DNA of 64,000 bases, from positions 2,753 to 66,752 of the forward strand of contig DAOTTX010000245.1 in assembly GCA_034437515.1 (NCBI GenBank), written 5' to 3'. A model generated the notes under the pieces. That model had not been told where the DNA came from. It was given only the letters and a program-made list of their open reading frames with translations, and searched no databases. Source of the stretch: Anaerolineae bacterium (GTDB lineage: Bacteria; Chloroflexota; Anaerolineae; Aggregatilineales; Phototrophicaceae). The position numbers and the translations under genes are program-made. Positions 8,939 to 17,894 of the stretch are shown here, piece after piece (the stretch's first letter is position 1; each line of letters opens with the position of its first letter).

Positions 8939-10408
8939 TCAATTCGTGGGATTGTCCTCGGTTTCCGCTTGTTGCAGGAACACCGTTAACGAGTAGTCCC
9001 CGCTGGTTTGCGCCTCACCGAGACTGGATGCCCTGACGAGATACACACCCGTTCCCGGCAACGTATAATCGTCGATGAGTGCGTTTTGCGTCCCGCCGCT
9101 GTCGTCATCGCTGATCAGAGTCGCCTGTCCGCTGTTGAGCACGCTCACCAATGGGTCGAGGTCGCCGGTGGTGCGGTTCATACTCACACTGACCAGATCC
9201 CCGGCATTACCCCAGAACGCATATAACACGTCCGGCGTCACTGCGTCGATGGTGCCGGTCACGGTCGAAGGTACGATCAAACGACGCACCCCCGGCGGTA
9301 GATCGTCGAAGGCGTTGCCGTCGTCTTGCAGGGTGAGTTCGTAGCGTCCGCTGGTCAAGCCTACCTCACGCTCGAAGCGGGTGGCAATGAGATAATAAGT
9401 ACCATCAGCGGGGATGAGGTAGTCGTCAATGCGTGAGTTCTGTCCGTCGCCGCCGTCGTCGTCGAAGATCAGTTCGTTCAGCGCCGCATCGGTGATGACG
9501 ATGAAGGTGTCCAGGTCGTTGCTCAGCCGCCCCATACGGATGCTGACCACATCGTTCTGCCGCGCCTCAAAGCGATAAAATTGCGCGGGCAGGTCGTCAC
9601 TAAGTTCACCTTCGATGGTCGCGCCGACTCGTAACGGGATCGCCGCCAACGCGGAGTTACCGAGGCCACTATTTGCCGTCTCATCGAGGGTCATCACAAA
9701 GCTGCCGCCGCCGACACCGTAGCGCGTGGCGATGATGTAGTAAATACCATCCGCCGGGATGAGCAGCGACTCGACCTGTGCGTCAAGGTCGGTGCCGGTG
9801 TCATCGGCTTGCTGCAAGATATACCCGCCGGCATCGGTAACGAACAGACGCGGGTCGAGTGTGCCCCCGATGGCACGCATGGTGATGCGCACAATCTGTC
9901 CCTGTTCGCCCTCGAAGCGATACCAGACCTCCGTTTGTTCGGCGTCAATGGTGTTGGTGACAGTATCGCCGTAACGCAACACACAACCGTAATCCGAACC
10001 GTTACCGATGCGGTCGATCACCAGTTCATAGCCGCCGCTGGTCGTGCCTAACCCGTACCCAAAGCGCCCGATGACCAGCGTATACGAACCGCTACCAGGG
10101 ATCGACAGCGGTTCGTAGAAAACACCGGCGGTGCCTTCGGTATCATCGCGGGTGAGGACTGCCGCGCCACCGGCATCTAGCACGGTCAGCATCGGGTCAA
10201 GGTTGCCGCTGGTCGCCTGCAAACGGATCGACACAAAGTCACAGCGCAGCGCCTCAAATGTATAGACACGGCTGGGTGTGGCATCGCTGATTTGCCCGGT
10301 GACCACCTGCCCGTAGACAATCGTGTTAGCAGGGTCAGGGGTGGCTTCCTGCGCGGTGAGCGGCAGCACGAAGAACAGACAGAATAGAAGGCAAAGTAAT
10401 CGTCTCAT
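8939..10408 (-). CDS. secreted protein with four pre-peptidase C-terminal (PPC)-like repeats
   Basis: Signal peptide MRRLLCLLFCLFFVLPLTAQE. Four ~100-aa repeats of the pattern Y.F.......V.I.......LDP.L.V.D..G......DD......i..y.lP..G.Y.l.......G...G.Y.L. Confidence 0.7.
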   Translation of the reverse strand: MRRLLCLLFCLFFVLPLTAQEATPDPANTIVYGQVVTGQISDATPSRVYTFEALRCDFVSIRLQATSGNLDPMLTVLDAGGAAVLTRDDTEGTAGVFYEPLSIPGSGSYTLVIGRFGYGLGTTSGGYELVIDRIGNGSDYGCVLRYGDTVTNTIDAEQTEVWYRFEGEQGQIVRITMRAIGGTLDPRLFVTDAGGYILQQADDTGTDLDAQVESLLIPADGIYYIIATRYGVGGGSFVMTLDETANSGLGNSALAAIPLRVGATIEGELSDDLPAQFYRFEARQNDVVSIRMGRLSNDLDTFIVITDAALNELIFDDDGGDGQNSRIDDYLIPADGTYYLIATRFEREVGLTSGRYELTLQDDGNAFDDLPPGVRRLIVPSTVTGTIDAVTPDVLYAFWGNAGDLVSVSMNRTTGDLDPLVSVLNSGQATLISDDDSGGTQNALIDDYTLPGTGVYLVRASSLGEAQTSGDYSLTVFLQQAETEDNPTN

Positions 10409-10422
10409 AGTGCTGGATTTTA

Positions 10423-12651
10423 TCACAAACTGGGGAAACGCAAGGTAAAGGTGGTGCCCTGGTCGGGCGTGCTTTCGACATCAATACTGCCGTTATGGTT
10501 CTCAGCTACCAGCTTGACCAGCGCCAACCCCAGCCCTGTGCCGGAGATCGCGCCGACGTTATCCGCCCGGTAAAACACATCGAAGATATGCGCGATTGCT
10601 TCCGACGGGATGCCGATGCCCTCATCGCTGATGGCGATGCAGGCCGTCTGCCCTTCAAACCACAACCGGCAGGTTACCGTATCTCCCGCCGACGAATACT
10701 TCACCGCGTTGGAAAGCAAATTCGTAAATGCCTGCCTGAGCTGCTTCTCGTCCGCGATGATGGTGCGACCGCCGATGTCGTCGATCAAGTCAAGTTGATG
10801 ATCCTGCCAGTAGAGCTGAGACGTCTCCTGACAGATGCGGCTGAACAATTCACCGACCGGTACGGCTTCCATCACCATCTCAACGCCGATTGTCTCCGAA
10901 CGACTGATAAGCAAAATATCATCGAGCAGATTGGTCAGGTGTGTGACCTGCTGTTTGATACGACCGGGGATTTCCTTCCGCTGGGTGCTCGTCATGCGTT
11001 CGCCGTAGCGTTCCAGCAATTGCCCGGAAACCTGGATCACGCTCAACGGTGTGCGGAACTCGTGTGAGATCATGCTGCCAAAACGTGATCGGAAAGCGTT
11101 GAGTTCTTTTTCCCGTTCGAGTTGTACATGCAACTGCTCATTGACTTTTTCCAGTTGGGCGGTGCGCTCACGGACGCGCTCTTCGAGCTTGGCATTCAAA
11201 CTACGCAATTCTTGCTCGATCAGCTTTTGCGTGGTGATGTCTCGTATGACCGCCACCGCGTAACTTTCCGCTGAACGGGCGCTGCTAAAGGTCGTGTCGG
11301 AGACGGATGTCAATTGCACCAACAGATAACGTTCCCGTGACACATCACCGATTTGAAACGTGGCTAAGGGCTGTTGCTCGATGGTCGCCCAGGCTGCGGC
11401 GAAAGCCCCGGCAAAGTCATACTGTCCGTATTCCGGTTCCATAATTTCCGTAAGTGTGCGTCCACGCGCAGTACGAATGCTGACCAGCCCCCAATTACCC
11501 AACACACGGTTGGTACGTAAGATGCGCCCCTCACGATCCAACAGGCAGACGCTTGCCGGCAGCGAGTCAACGGTCGCTTCCCATTCTTGCTTGGCACGCT
11601 TGATGAGTTCGTTATTGGCTTGTAACGCGGTTTCAAAGGTCTTGTGGATGCTGATGTCTTGCAGCGTCCCATCGACGTACTCAATCTCGCCCCTCTCGTT
11701 GAGCCGCACACGAGCGATATCACGCACCCAGATCGGCTCACCGTCTTTGCAGCACATCATGACCTCGTTGGTCACGGTGTCCGCCTGTGCCTGTTGATCT
11801 TGCCGTATCATCTGGTAGACGTCAGGCTCCGGGTAAAGATCACGGATGTTCGTGTGCATCAATTCTTCGGCACTCTCGAACTTCAGCATCTCAGCCAATG
11901 CCGGGTTCGCCTGTAAGAACCGCCCGCTGCTATTGACACGGTAAATGCCCACCGGCAACCGCTGGATGAGCGAACTGTAGTGATCCTCGACGGTGCAAAA
12001 CCGGCGATAATTGGTGTAAAACCAGGGCAAGCTCATCATGATGACACCCCAACCGCCCCACGTCCCGACGACCGGCACGAGATAGAGTTTCGTCAGGAAC
12101 AACGCCAACACAGCGTACAACACATGCCAAAGCAGCAGCATACCACCGCTATCACGAATAAATGCACCGAAGAGAAGTTCTGTCGTTTGCCATGCATACG
12201 GTATAAGTTTACAAAGAAGATATACACCGGCGACGGCGAGATTGGTCAGCAGCAATGTGAAATCATCAGCGATAGTAGCACGATTCGCATGGAGCATCGC
12301 ATAAACCACACCGCCGGCGCTGGCGCTCGTCGTGTAGATCAGCAGGTTTGACCATGATGGCGCTCGCTGTGGTACGAATTGGAGGATACCCATCACACCG
12401 AAAACGATCAGTGGCAGCAACCAGAGTGGTAAAATCGCGTATGCTGCGATGATTGCGATATCCGCATGGTTGAAAACCAGACTGCCCAGGCGCGTCTGAA
12501 AATAGGCCGCCACGAAAATGACCAAACACCAGAAAAGCACATCTCCCCATAGGATAGGATGCACCGGCGCGGTCAGGCTTAGCAGGCTAATTACCCCAAG
12601 ATTGCAAGCGAACAATACGCTGGTGCGCATCCCGAAAAGAGAAATAGACAT
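10423..12651 (-). CDS. multi-TM PAS sensor histidine kinase
   Basis: About 220-aa polytopic N-terminus and two PAS-like segments (LPVGIYRVNSSGRFLQANPALAEML; LPASVCLLDREGRILRTN). H-box FGSMISHEFRTPLSVI. HATPase motifs NLLSNAVKYS, DEGIGI, GTGLGLALVK. Confidence 0.85.
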   Translation of the reverse strand: MSISLFGMRTSVLFACNLGVISLLSLTAPVHPILWGDVLFWCLVIFVAAYFQTRLGSLVFNHADIAIIAAYAILPLWLLPLIVFGVMGILQFVPQRAPSWSNLLIYTTSASAGGVVYAMLHANRATIADDFTLLLTNLAVAGVYLLCKLIPYAWQTTELLFGAFIRDSGGMLLLWHVLYAVLALFLTKLYLVPVVGTWGGWGVIMMSLPWFYTNYRRFCTVEDHYSSLIQRLPVGIYRVNSSGRFLQANPALAEMLKFESAEELMHTNIRDLYPEPDVYQMIRQDQQAQADTVTNEVMMCCKDGEPIWVRDIARVRLNERGEIEYVDGTLQDISIHKTFETALQANNELIKRAKQEWEATVDSLPASVCLLDREGRILRTNRVLGNWGLVSIRTARGRTLTEIMEPEYGQYDFAGAFAAAWATIEQQPLATFQIGDVSRERYLLVQLTSVSDTTFSSARSAESYAVAVIRDITTQKLIEQELRSLNAKLEERVRERTAQLEKVNEQLHVQLEREKELNAFRSRFGSMISHEFRTPLSVIQVSGQLLERYGERMTSTQRKEIPGRIKQQVTHLTNLLDDILLISRSETIGVEMVMEAVPVGELFSRICQETSQLYWQDHQLDLIDDIGGRTIIADEKQLRQAFTNLLSNAVKYSSAGDTVTCRLWFEGQTACIAISDEGIGIPSEAIAHIFDVFYRADNVGAISGTGLGLALVKLVAENHNGSIDVESTPDQGTTFTLRFPSL

Positions 12652-13011
12652 TTAAAAACTCAGTGTGCTGATTGCTTTTATCGACGTTATTGAATGACCG
12701 TATTTATCACACTATATCAACAACGTTATACTGGTTTCATTCTATCGCATATTCTTCGTCAGTAGTATTGACATTTAGTTTCCGACAAATATTGGCATGG
12801 TGTGTTTCCGACCCCCCATCCGCCTAAATCTCCCTTGTCCCTATAGACCTATGCATTTATCCACATCATGCCAGATGTGTGCTTGGATCAGCCGCCCGCC
12901 GAGCGTTGAACACACCCCGCTATTCTCATGGATAAGCAAATAACCACTGACGATGCCGTCACGCAATTCAACGGGCTGTTTAATGATCGACAGTCAATTT
13001 GCCGGTGAATC

Positions 13012-13043
13012 AAAACCGCCGGAGAGCAAACGCTCCCCGGCGG
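13012..13043 (-). terminator. intrinsic terminator of the S8 protease gene
   Basis: Hairpin ccgccggagag/ctccccggcgg (10 of 11 bp, 6-nt loop) at 13016-13043. It is followed on the minus strand by TTTT, about 30 nt after the stop codon. Confidence 0.55.
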
Positions 13044-13074
13044 CGGTATTACTGTATGTACCAGCGACTGCGTG

Positions 13075-16000
13075 TTATGGCAGGTACTGGAAGGTGGAAG
13101 GCGCGGATTGGACGATGCCCGAATTGCCCGGCCCCCAGGTCGCAACCGTCCAGGAGTAGACACCGGCAGGCAGGGTCACACCGGTCAGGTCGAGGCCGCA
13201 GTTGTTACCGGAAGTATCACAGCCGAGGTCTTCGGCGGTGTTCCAGATCGTGGCGACCGAGGCACCACCGCTGGTGCTCAGGTAGAACCCGTACCAAGTC
13301 GCGGCGGCATCACGGCTCCAGCGAGCGGTCACGCCATCCAGGGAGGAGACGATCGCGGTATCCACCGGGGTGTAAAGCGTCACAGCACCCGTTTCCGGCA
13401 CATCGATGGTGAAGTTCGCCGCATCGTAAGGATCACCGGCGGTTGCATCCCCGGGGACGGTGTACGGTGCCAGGCCGATGTCCTCAGACCAGGTGCGGGC
13501 ATACCAGGTGTAGCTGCCGCCATCCTGGAAGAAGCTCGGATCGACTTCTACATCACACCAGCCGTTGAACGGCTCACAGAAGGGATCGGTATCGGTGTTG
13601 AACCACTCGTTATAGATCGTACCGACGCCGTCCTGGTCAACACGGATGTTAATCCAGTCCACCGGGAAGTTTGAGAAGTTACTCCATGTAAAGTCAAAAG
13701 CGATGTTTGTCGAGGTGCAGACCTCGTCGATGTTCTCACCCTGGCAGATGCCGCCATTATTGTAGTCATCGAAGACGTAGAACAACTCAAAACCTTCGTT
13801 GGTCGGTGCGGGCACTGCCATCGTGAACTGGGTGTTGCCCGTCCACGGGCCGAAACCGCCATCGATGCTGTAGGTGTTCATCCAGATGGTGTAGTCACCG
13901 CTGGCGAAACGTTCCACCGCAGGCATGGAGCAGGAAGCGCCCACACCGCAGGTGCTGGCGGCTTCGTACCACTCGTCATAGGCCAGGGCACCGGTCGAGT
14001 CGAGCACGACCACGCGGTACCAATCTGGCATCTGGTTACCGGCCATCGGCTGGTTGATCTGGAAGCTCGGCGTTGCGGACGGTGAGTCAAGGTCGGTGGG
14101 GGCGAGGACTTCAGCACCCAGGATGTTGAAGATGAACGGGCCATCTTCGGTACCCAGCGCAGAACCGTTCCAGGAGTTCAGGTACCAGTTGACTTCGCTG
14201 TTCGTGCCAACCACACCGAGCTGTGTCCCCAGTTGGGTCTGGCAGGTGCCGCTTGCACAGATGTTCGTTGCCTGGAACCACTGGCTTGCGACTTGCGTGC
14301 CGCCGACTTCAGCGCGGATGTTGTACCAGACCGGGCCACCCACCGAAGCGACGCTGTCCTGGAAGGTGAAGAGCGGGCGGATGACCAGGCTTGCATCACC
14401 ATCCGGGGAGACCGCGTTGACGGTGAAATCACCGGAGCCTACCGGCCCGTCGCCAGTACCGTTGGTGCCGAATACTTCCCAGAAGTAATCCTCACCGATG
14501 GTGAGCGGGGCGGTCAGCGTGTAGCTCTCGTCAGTCACGCCGGAGGCGGTCTCGACGACGCTCTCGTCAGACGCATACACCGTGATGGTGTAGGTGTCCG
14601 CCAGGATGCCGTCCCAGGTGAAGGTCGGGCTGACCAGCGCGGTGCTGCCGACCGGGCCGAGCAATTGCACAGATGGCAAGACCGCGTTCGCCAGGTCAAG
14701 GCGCGGGTAGGTCTGGCCGTTGCCGGTGTATTCCGTCTCCTCGGATTCACCTACAGGCCAGGTTTGACCGTTATCAGTGATCGGTGTACCGGTCGCCTTG
14801 AGATGGTTGAGGATCTGATCGACGGTTGCCGTCGGGTCGGCCTCACGCATCACGGCGAAGGCACCCGCGACATGCGGTGCAGCCATCGACGTACCGGCGT
14901 AATATTCGTAGTTGGAGCCAAGCCAACCGGCGCGAGTATCATCACCCGTGCCCACGTTCATGGTGGACTGAATGAAGAAGCCAGGGGCCAGGATGTCGAG
15001 GAAATCCGCGCTGTTGGAGAAGAACGCGACTTCGTCGTCCAGGTCGATGCGATCATCGCTGGCGGCGACGGTCGTCGCACCCACGCTGATCATCCCCGGC
15101 AGGCAAGCCGGGCCACCCATCGAGTCTTTGAATGCGGCATTGCCGGATGAAGAGACGACAGCGATGTTTGCGCTGTTCAGCGCACGGAGGACACTCGGGT
15201 ACGGACCCGTCACACCACCGTAAGCTGCCAGACATGCCTGTTCGGAGAAGTACTGATCACCGCCCAGGCTCAGGTTGGCTGCGGCGATGTTTGTCATTAC
15301 GCCACCGCCGAACACACTCTGCTGGTAGAGATATTCCAGCGCCTTAATCTGGTCACTGCTGTAGCTGCGGACGCAACCATCAGCTTCCGCACCCGTAGTG
15401 CTGCAAATACCGATGCCAGGACGGAAGAAGCTAAACACGTTCAAGCCGATGATGTCGGCTTCGTAAGCCACACCCTGGAAGTCAACACCAACTTCGACAT
15501 CAGGTTCATAACCAGCGACCGTGCCGGCAACATGCGTGCCGTGACCACAAAGCTGTGAGTCAGCCGGGGTCGGCGCACAGACCGCAGCCGCGCCCGGGCC
15601 AACCTGAGATTCCTGACCGTTGGGGCACAGGGAGTCAACAAAGCCGGGGAAAATCGTGTTGAAGCAGGCTTCACGGATGTTTTTACCAGCCAATGCAGGA
15701 TGGTTGTAATCAACGCCTGTATCTAGCACGGCGACCGCGTAGCCGTCACCGGTGTAACCGGCGTCCCACGCAACCTGAGAACCGATGATCACGTTGGAGT
15801 CCAACATTTGGGGTTCTGAGAGGTGGTCAGGCGTAATGTTGGTGACCAGCACGTTGTTTTGCAGGGCTGCCGCACCAGCATCATCGACCCATAACGCCAT
15901 ATGCGGGATCGTCTGGTAACGGTGGACGTTGCTGACCGTCGCACCACTGTTGTTGAGTGCGTTCAAGACCGCGCCTTGCGCGTTCTGGATGGCACTACGT

Positions 16001-16245
16001 TGTTGGGTTACTGCGGAAGCGGAACTGAGTTCAGTTTCGACCTGGAAGGGGGTATCCAGCGTCACGATCACGGGGTAGAACTGTTGCCCACTGGTGTTGG
16101 TGAAGCTATAAAAGCCGTCACCCTCATCAGTGAAACCGGTGATGTCATCCTGTGCGGAGACCGCGCCGGTAAACAGCGCCAGGAGGCCGAGCATCAGCAT
16201 AACGCCAAAAACACGCCCCCAGGTGGAGAAAGAAGAGCTTTGCAT
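13075..16245 (-). CDS. secreted subtilisin-family (S8) serine protease with long repeat-containing C-terminal region
   Basis: Signal peptide. Catalytic triad motifs AVLDTGVD (Asp), CGHGTHVAG (His), GTSMAAPHVAGA (Ser). About 530-aa C-terminal extension. Confidence 0.9.
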   Translation of the reverse strand: MQSSSFSTWGRVFGVMLMLGLLALFTGAVSAQDDITGFTDEGDGFYSFTNTSGQQFYPVIVTLDTPFQVETELSSASAVTQQRSAIQNAQGAVLNALNNSGATVSNVHRYQTIPHMALWVDDAGAAALQNNVLVTNITPDHLSEPQMLDSNVIIGSQVAWDAGYTGDGYAVAVLDTGVDYNHPALAGKNIREACFNTIFPGFVDSLCPNGQESQVGPGAAAVCAPTPADSQLCGHGTHVAGTVAGYEPDVEVGVDFQGVAYEADIIGLNVFSFFRPGIGICSTTGAEADGCVRSYSSDQIKALEYLYQQSVFGGGVMTNIAAANLSLGGDQYFSEQACLAAYGGVTGPYPSVLRALNSANIAVVSSSGNAAFKDSMGGPACLPGMISVGATTVAASDDRIDLDDEVAFFSNSADFLDILAPGFFIQSTMNVGTGDDTRAGWLGSNYEYYAGTSMAAPHVAGAFAVMREADPTATVDQILNHLKATGTPITDNGQTWPVGESEETEYTGNGQTYPRLDLANAVLPSVQLLGPVGSTALVSPTFTWDGILADTYTITVYASDESVVETASGVTDESYTLTAPLTIGEDYFWEVFGTNGTGDGPVGSGDFTVNAVSPDGDASLVIRPLFTFQDSVASVGGPVWYNIRAEVGGTQVASQWFQATNICASGTCQTQLGTQLGVVGTNSEVNWYLNSWNGSALGTEDGPFIFNILGAEVLAPTDLDSPSATPSFQINQPMAGNQMPDWYRVVVLDSTGALAYDEWYEAASTCGVGASCSMPAVERFASGDYTIWMNTYSIDGGFGPWTGNTQFTMAVPAPTNEGFELFYVFDDYNNGGICQGENIDEVCTSTNIAFDFTWSNFSNFPVDWINIRVDQDGVGTIYNEWFNTDTDPFCEPFNGWCDVEVDPSFFQDGGSYTWYARTWSEDIGLAPYTVPGDATAGDPYDAANFTIDVPETGAVTLYTPVDTAIVSSLDGVTARWSRDAAATWYGFYLSTSGGASVATIWNTAEDLGCDTSGNNCGLDLTGVTLPAGVYSWTVATWGPGNSGIVQSAPSTFQYLP

Positions 16246-16556
16246 GTTTCAATCCTCTACACACATACAAAAATTAGAATATTTACCGCGCCACCTGTTG
16301 CAAGCCGTTAACGCTTTTGCAACCAGGATATAACACGATGGCACTTATTATAGCCAAATGTCTCTCTCATATACAACGTAAAAGCATGTCTTTTTCGTTT
16401 AGACTTCACAATTTTTTAACAAATTTTACAGTTGTGCTTACACTATCTTATTGTTAATAATAAGAATAATAAAAGAATAAACGCGCTTCCCGTAACGAAA
16501 TCCTCAGGTTTTACGTATACTGAATGATAGCAATAAACGCGACGAGGAAACTGAGA

Positions 16557-17267
16557 ATGTCAAATAACAACCTGTTAGACCAAATCCTCACGGTGATTAT
16601 CGGTTCGATCACCACCGTGACCAAAACCATCACCGAAGGCCGTAGCGTGCTAGAAGACTTCTTTTATGTACGGGTGAACGGTCTATCGTTCGTGGTTTTC
16701 GGCGCACGGCAGGTCGGCAAGACCACATTGATCGAGTGGTTACAGAAGCACATGCGTGACATCACCGACTTTGAGCCGGAGCCGACTGCCGCCGGTGGTG
16801 ACCCGGTCGATGACTTTACCTCCAAGATCGGCGACCAGCACATGAAGCTCAAGCCGGGGCGTGATGTCGGTGGGGAATACGCCATGTGGGAGACGGATTG
16901 GACGGCACTCTTTCGGGAAGCGCAACCACGCGGCATTATCTTCCTGCTAGACCATACCGATGTGCATCTGCAAAAGGACGCGCTCAACTTCGTCATGCAG
17001 ATGATCGACGACCAACCCGCCGCCGCCCAAAACCTGACCGCCCTCTACCTGATCGTCAACAAGTCCGACCTGTGGGGTGCGGAGATGTCGCTCGAAGACA
17101 TCACCGCCAACTATCGCAATGAGTGGAAGCGCCTGCAATCTCAAGCAGAGCGCGTGGGTTACAAGTTTGAGGCGTTTTCTGGCAGTTTGCACACCGGCTA
17201 CGGCATCAAGGCGGTGATGCAAAACTTCTTCAACGTCATCCGTCCCAAACCGCGCCAGGTTTCCTAG
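16557..17267 (+). CDS. small Ras-superfamily GTPase with Arf/Sar-type G motifs
   Basis: G1 VVFGARQVGKTTL, G3 DVGGE(YAMWETDW), G4 VNKSD, G5-like FSGSL. GAGGAAA RBS 6-7 nt before ATG 16557, preferred over ORF-track ATG 16524. Confidence 0.7.
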   Translation: MSNNNLLDQILTVIIGSITTVTKTITEGRSVLEDFFYVRVNGLSFVVFGARQVGKTTLIEWLQKHMRDITDFEPEPTAAGGDPVDDFTSKIGDQHMKLKPGRDVGGEYAMWETDWTALFREAQPRGIIFLLDHTDVHLQKDALNFVMQMIDDQPAAAQNLTALYLIVNKSDLWGAEMSLEDITANYRNEWKRLQSQAERVGYKFEAFSGSLHTGYGIKAVMQNFFNVIRPKPRQVS

Positions 17268-17894
17268 ATGGTGGGGCAACTTACCATCGACTATGTGTTT
17301 GAGGGGCACCGGCGCGGCTACAACTTTACCGGGCCGACCGCCCCCCACGATGATGAGACGGTCAAATCCGTGTGGCGTCACGCCATGCCGCGCGGTCAGG
17401 GATGGGCGGCCTATACCGGCGCACGTTCGATGAAAGGCTTCGCTCTGCCGTTTGACCAGTACGCCGTCGCCGAGGTGACTGTCACCGATAAAGAAGATGA
17501 AAACGGGCGGCGCGGCATCCGGCGGGCAGTAGTGGATGTGATGACGCCGGTGGTCTATGGGCATCATCTGCACTCACGGTTGGCGGGTTACCCGGCGGCG
17601 ACCCTTGCCATAGCACAGGCACACTACGAGACGGTCGCCCGCCGGATGCCCAAACTAAAAAAGGATACGCCGTTTGTGCTGGCCTATCCTTTTACGACCG
17701 TTCAAAATTGGTGGGTGGTCGAGGCGTTGATCTTCAAACTGCTGCTAACACCCGTCAAGCGGATGAAAAAATGGTCTGCGCTTACGTTTACCACGCTGGC
17801 CCTGGACTACCGCGAAGAATCGCAGATTGTCGCGCTACCGGCTGACCGCGCTGAGTCGATCAACGCGGTGCCGGTGCTAGCACTCGACGGTTAA
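17268..17894 (+). CDS. uncharacterised 208-aa protein translationally coupled to the GTPase
   Basis: ATG directly abuts the GTPase stop (TAGATG at 17265-17270). No family recognised. Confidence 0.6.
   Translation: MVGQLTIDYVFEGHRRGYNFTGPTAPHDDETVKSVWRHAMPRGQGWAAYTGARSMKGFALPFDQYAVAEVTVTDKEDENGRRGIRRAVVDVMTPVVYGHHLHSRLAGYPAATLAIAQAHYETVARRMPKLKKDTPFVLAYPFTTVQNWWVVEALIFKLLLTPVKRMKKWSALTFTTLALDYREESQIVALPADRAESINAVPVLALDG

Noticed and set aside
12888-13163. Small ORFs (91 aa minus, 68 and 137 aa plus) in and around the histidine-kinase/protease spacer
   Set aside because: They overlap the protease 3' end and its terminator hairpin. They have Arg/Pro-rich compositions and no RBS.
14233-15150. 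305-aa ORF antisense to the S8 protease (and similar ones at 13072-13674 and 15901-16311)
   Set aside because: Shadow ORFs inside a gene whose catalytic triad motifs are unambiguous on the other strand.
16947-17573. 208-aa minus-strand ORF spanning the GTPase/partner junction
   Set aside because: Low-complexity Gly/His/Arg-rich translation. The plus strand has G1-G4 motifs and precise stop-start coupling.
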